Source: Picochlorum sp. SENEW3
Taxonomy: Eukaryota
Assembly (NCBI GenBank): GCA_034226945.1
Contig: CP120453.1
Coordinates: 806,001 to 870,000 of the forward strand
DNA: 64,000 bases
Reading direction: 5' to 3'
Shown piece by piece: positions 58,808 through 64,000 of the stretch. The stretch's first letter is position 1; each line of letters opens with the position of its first letter. The translations under genes were made by a program, and so were the position numbers. The notes under the pieces are model-generated. The model worked only from the letters and a program-made list of their open reading frames with translations. It made no database searches and was not told the DNA's origin.

Positions 58808-61800
58808 TTAGCCCATCATCCTGTTGCAGAACTCACTTGCTTGAGCGGCTTCCAGGCCAAAGTCATGAGGTCTAGCTGCAAACTGAATAGAGGATTGGGC
58901 AACAAAGCGATACTCGAGGGGATTTTGCACGCATGATTTCACTATCTGGGAGTTGAATGACTCCAGTCTTTCTAGTGTGGCTTTCCAGGTTCCATCATAC
59001 AGGGGCACCTCGGTTCTTTTGCCTTTAATCGCGTCATCTTGGACCAACTTGTACGAGACAGAGTATGTGTCGTGTTTCGCTTCGACTTGGAATGTATCAC
59101 CCTCTTCAACGCGAATCTCTTCAATGTATTGGACTGCCTGTTGCCATGTTGGGCCTTTGTCTCTGTATGGGCTGGTGCTCAGAGATATCTCGTCATCCAG
59201 ATGAAGATTGAACCACATAGCGATGGCATTGCATGTTCCTTTGGTGTCAACCGTAAACGTCAAGGTGTTCTCATTGTCCATGGCACATTTCTCAATGTCA
59301 TAGAAATCAAAGGAGAACACTTTTGATGGAGGAGCCAAGGGTATCCATGCATCCTTATTTTTGCCCAATTCGACTCCCTCATAATCCGCTCTCCATCTCC
59401 ATCGATTGGCCTGCTGTATATCCAACCCATGAGTGCTGTCAACTCTCATTTGAATCGGCTGAGCATATACTTCTGCCCTGCAAGGAACCAGTGTGGCATT
59501 TGGCATCAATAATTTGGCCTTTGCGGCCGCAAGAATATGAAGAATGCCTTCGCCAATCAGTCCAGAGTCAAACACTTCAAAGATTGCCAGATCTACTGGT
59601 CTCTGTAGCTCAGGAGGGGTGCCATCAGGTTTCCTCAGAACATCCATCCGGCGAACGTCCCTGTCAAGCACCAAGATTTTGTCTAAAAAACCATTCATAA
59701 TGGTGCACTCTTCAGCTACATCACACATATGAGCACTGACCTCAGCAGCATACGTGTAGTCCGAACCTGCCCGGGCAGCCATCATAGACAGCAGCCCTGA
59801 TCCTGCTCCCATGTCAAGGCAATGAACTTTCTGCCCATATGCTGAGCTCTTTCTCGAAGCGACAGCCTTTTGAATTGCTTCATTATAAGCACGGTTTCTC
59901 TCTGTATCCAAGATCATATCATAATGCCAACGAGGCACTAGTGCATGATGCATTCTGTACTGCGGTGGATGAGAGGTGAACACAACCTGTGATTGGTCCT
60001 GTTGAACTCTGACGGACACGTCTGTTCCCTCTTCGATTGTTTTAGTATCTAGATATTGAACACCTTGTCCCCATGATGAGGCAGGTAAAATAGCTGGATT
60101 GCCTTGAGAGCTGGATGAAAAAGTGCCATTGCTCAGTATCTCGTTGTCATGGCAATTGCTATACAATTCAAACCAGAACACCACAGCATTCCATTGGCCG
60201 TTTCGTACGACTTTCAATGAGATATCTTCGTCATATTCCCATGTAGTATCTGAGTCTTTTAAAAAGCCGTCGTCTTTCTGTATGTTGGCAACCCTTGAAG
60301 TCAAATCAATTTCAACTGCAACAAATGGATCAGAAAGAGCCCTGAAAGGCATATTTTGATGTTGAAATCTCTCGTCGCCTGGGTACCACCTATAGCAATC
60401 CATTGGCGATAGATTAAATCCTTCAACTGTGTCAAGTTTGAATTCAGCAAGCTGCCCCATGATTTTCACCTTGCCAGGAAATACTTGTGCACCAGAAGAC
60501 AGCAAGTGCTTGGCTGAATAATCAACACTTTTCAACAAACCCATACCAAGAATGGTGTGATCCAATAGATCAATCACCAATGTATCAGCAGGTGTCTCCG
60601 TGTGATGGTATTGTTTCACTGGAGGTTGGAATAATTCTGGTATGCCAGTCTCTGTTATCTGCTCAGTCATATGTGAATCCCCTTCAGACCCAACCCTAAC
60701 CGTCTCCAACACTCCACTCACGATCTCAACGTTCTTTGAGTACGGAAGATTTTTATTCGAGTCCAGTATTTGTCTTGCCATTCGATAAAGCATCTTTGAT
60801 CTTTCCACTTGTGTAACTTTCTGGGCACCAGCCTGGGCAGCCAACAACCCAAGAACGCCACCTCCCGAACTAATCACTACAGTATGAGAGCTAGATTGGT
60901 TCTTGAAATGTGTCTGAAGTGCTTTGGCGAACCAGGATAGACGGGTATGATCCTCTAGTGCTTTAATACAGTCTTTGGGAGCAGCCAAATCACTTAATGC
61001 AGTGACATACGATAAGAGCCCGGTCCTCCTCTGATCTGACTTTAAGTATTCCTTCGCATCTATTGGAGTCCTTCTGAGGTTCGGGATCCATGTCGGCCTC
61101 CTGATATACATACCAAGAGCATTAAGTACACTCAAATAAAACAAGTGTATGACAGGACAAAACACACATACCATTCCAAATCCTCAAGCTCCCAGTCCGG
61201 TGCCGTCATGCTCTGTTTGAATTGATTCAACATTTGAAGTCTTTGGTCTTTATGACGTGCGTGTCTCAGTTTCAACACAAGATTATGCCGTTCGACGGCA
61301 GCTGCTGCATTCATTGCCCTTGTGTCTTCCTCCAACCTCTTCTTCGCCGCTGAGACTTTCTTGGTCAGTACAGAATCATTAGGCTCCAGTTCTGAAGCTC
61401 TTGAGAACGCTGTGTATGCAGCTTCCCAGTTGTTCAGGCTTTCTAATGCACAGCCAAGCCTGTAATACCCCTTGCCCCAATCGGGCTTCAAACTCACAGA
61501 CTTTTGTGCATCCCAAAGGGCCTGCTCAAGCAGACCTATGGCCAAATAGCTCGCTGAACGATTAGAAAATAGCGTATGGTCTGTTTCGTTCCCAGCTATT
61601 GCTTGGCTGTACATTCTGATTGCATCTACATTGCAAACACAGGTTCTGGTCAACGTCAATAGACCTCTTCTTGGCCATGCACCATTCAAGACAGAAACAG
61701 TACCTTTGTACTTCTTCTCCTTAAAATAAGTATTTCCAGCACTTTTTGATTGAGTAATAATGAACCGCAGTTCCTCTGGGTCGGCATCTTTCAAACTCGT

Positions 61801-61881
61801 CCCAGCATATTGTTCGATTCGATTTCTCTCGTGGGCAGTCACTACTGTGGGATCCTTCATATTTTGTTCGACCATCTTCAT
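58808..61881 (-). CDS. TPR-containing tandem protein arginine methyltransferase (PRMT9/PRMT7-like)
   Basis: Introns 61703-61626 and 61171-61101. Three TPRs (KSAGNTYF..LFSNRSASY..WGKGYYRLG) precede two PRMT modules. The second has RWHYDMILD..RN, LDMGAGSGLLS and EVFDSGLIGEG. Confidence 0.88.
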
Positions 61882-62226
61882 TATTTAGTTATTATATTAC
61901 TTGGGTACCTCTAAAATACAAACTATCTTTCATATTGATGCTTCAAATCTCAAGAGAATCGTGTTGACTTTGGAACGGAATTCAAGTTCCTTTCAAACTC
62001 GTCGTTGGATGGGAAGGTTGTGCGTGGCATTCGGCCCATCATGTTGTCTCTAAACAAGCAGAGAATGCACCCTAGAGGATAAGAAAATATATTACATATA
62101 GAAAAAATATTGTAACTGGACGTTCGTATCCAAATGAGATAGAGAAGGAGGGCGTGCGTGACTCTGCAGAACTGCTAGGAAACACAGGGTGCCGTAAACC
62201 ATTTAGATCGCTCCTTGACTGGATAG

Positions 62227-63060
62227 ATGGGTAAAGGTGGAACAAAATTTGTCGGAGATTCTCTGGCAGCGCGTTCCGGGAAGGTGAGGGGATTCTCGAG
62301 AAAGGACAGAACAAAAGAGTTGGACCAGTTTCTGAAGACAGGAAGGCACCCAGCATTCGGTACTCATGAGGGCAACCTTCCACAGCTACCTGAATCTAGA
62401 TCTACTAGACCCCACATATTTTTCGATTACTCGATGAATGGAGAAAAGGTTGGGAGGGTTGTCGTAGAATTGTATCAGGACATAGTGCCTGCTGCTGTGG
62501 GGCATGTTCTGACACAATGTGTCAACGGTGGCTCATACCAGCATACGAGAGTGCATAAAATCCTTAAAGGCCTGGCCTTGTTTGGAGGGAAATCGAAGAA
62601 GCAGGAGATTATGAAGTTTCGAGTGGAGCCTAGTCTCTGTCATGTGGATGGATGCCTCCTATCTGTTGCTCGTGATGGTTTGTCATATGCATTAACATTG
62701 ACAAGGGCCCTACATTTAGACGAAACGCATCAAGTTGTAGGGAGGGTCGTTCGGGGGGCAGAAGTAGTAGATGAAATTTGTAGTATGTCTGCCAAGGCAG
62801 ATGATAGTCCTGTGAGGCAGATTGAAGTTTCGAATTGTGGTACGACAGATAAAGATGGAGAAATTGAGTTTGATTCATTCAAAAATAAGGGAGCAATTGA
62901 TCCAAATGAGAGTTTGGTTGAGGCAAGGAAAGAATTGCAAGAAGCGTTGAAGGTTGGCATCAAGCGTCATGAGGAATCTGAGATGGCCTCAAAACCCAAA
63001 AAGGTCAAGAAAATTATGGCATTAGATGACTCTTCAAGTTCGGATGATGAAAGTGATTAA
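62227..63060 (+). CDS. Divergent cyclophilin-like protein
   Basis: RPHIFFD..GEKVGRVVVELYQDIVP, HLDETHQVVGRVVRG..V..I and PVRQIEVSNCG. The C-terminus is basic then acidic. Confidence 0.8.
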   Translation: MGKGGTKFVGDSLAARSGKVRGFSRKDRTKELDQFLKTGRHPAFGTHEGNLPQLPESRSTRPHIFFDYSMNGEKVGRVVVELYQDIVPAAVGHVLTQCVNGGSYQHTRVHKILKGLALFGGKSKKQEIMKFRVEPSLCHVDGCLLSVARDGLSYALTLTRALHLDETHQVVGRVVRGAEVVDEICSMSAKADDSPVRQIEVSNCGTTDKDGEIEFDSFKNKGAIDPNESLVEARKELQEALKVGIKRHEESEMASKPKKVKKIMALDDSSSSDDESD

Positions 63061-63082
63061 ATATAGAAGCATAATGTTTCAA

Positions 63083-64000
63083 CTATTGAGAGAAGAAATT
63101 TGAGAATTCCTGTTTCTGTTTCTGAGAGGCTGCTCTGGCTTTCCTCCGCAGAATTGCTTTTTCTCGTGCAATATCTTCTTCTAAAGACGAATCTATCTTA
63201 ACGATTTGATTGAAATCGTCTAAAAGCTTCCTCAAAAGGGACATAGATTGCTTTGCCTTTGCTCTTCGAAAATATGCCTTTGTGCTTTCTGGATGCTCAC
63301 TGCAAGAATACACATGTGTATATTTGTTGTTATTACCATACCATACCATTGTAGAACTAACGCATGTGCCCTACCTGAGAGCTCGCTCACACCATTCAAT
63401 TGCCTCACCAAATGCTGAATTCTTTTGGCAACAAGCAGCCAAGTTGAGCATGCATGATATCTTTAAATTAAATGCAGCATCAGAATCGTCGCCTGTAAAC
63501 TCATACGATTTGCTAACACATTGAAGGGCCTTGTCATATTTTCCTTTTGCTAGAGATATTTGATCCTGTTTGTACAAGGTATTTCCTATCTCTTTCAACG
63601 CGGAAGCTCTCTGAAGCTTTGCCTCTGGAGACAGAGCTTCTACTGGTACTGCCTCTTTAAATGCAGTTAACTCGATCTCAATCTCCACCTTTTCTCCTCT
63701 AGGATATTCCAAAGATTTCGATGGCATGTGAGATGCAAGATTGTCATCAAATGTTGTCTTCAAAACAGACTTCTCGTGCAAGAGCATCAATCTCACAGCA
63801 GTATCCAAGACAGTGGGAAGAAGTCCCATTCCTGTCGATACCTCTAGAGCCTCTGTCTCATTTTCTGTCAGAAGTGGGTTCCATGTCGACGCACCAACTT
63901 TGCGAATTCTTGTCCGAATGGAGACAGATGTATCTTCCATGGGACAGTCAATGGGGAATTCACCAGTCCCTTTGCAGACTATTCGCTTGATTGTCTTCCC
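63083..64000 (-). CDS. FKBP-TPR immunophilin, PASTICCINO1/FKBP72-like (3' part only)
   Basis: The frame is open from the window end: GKTIKRIVCKGTGEFPIDCPMED (PAS1-type motif), GMGLLP and TPRs LKEIGNTLYK..MLNLAAC..KAYFRRAKA. Intron 63374-63300. Confidence 0.78.

Noticed and set aside
1..64000. Prokaryotic systems (CRISPR, operons, IS elements) or a giant-virus insertion
   Set aside because: I found no repeat-spacer array and no transposase, integrase or viral core gene. Bacterial-type genes (TrmB, TypA, SppA, NTT, PheRS) carry targeting peptides and/or spliceosomal introns, so they are ordinary organelle-targeted nuclear genes.

Overview
This is nuclear DNA of a green alga with a very compact genome (Chlorophyta). 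A small trebouxiophyte such as Picochlorum fits best, but that assignment is inference. Support for a green alga: short GT-AG introns (mostly 60-90 nt), the chlorophyte TGTAA polyadenylation signal after many stop codons, plastid transit peptides ending in VVRA, and nuclear-encoded plastid genes (PsaE, NTT, SppA, mTERF, TypA). I can build 38 protein-coding genes in 64 kb, two of them truncated at the window ends. One of them, the three-exon RPL39 gene, is absent from the ORF track. I found no rRNA, convincing tRNA, transposon, CRISPR array or viral insert, and no clear new multi-gene system. The best leads are protein-level oddities. (1) A TPR-PRMT9-like methyltransferase whose active and dead modules are in the reverse order to animal PRMT9/PRMT7. 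(2) An RBX1-like RING protein lacking all four ligands of the third zinc site. (3) A short-tailed CENH3 within a run of chromosome-segregation and microtubule genes that includes a cilia-associated TSNAXIP1 homologue. (4) Twin in-frame starts on TypA and TRM5 suggesting dual organelle targeting. (5) Lipidation motifs on an ankyrin kinase and on ThrRS. Two intergenic stem-loop clusters could be unannotated ncRNAs. All family calls come from motif recognition by eye; no database search was run.
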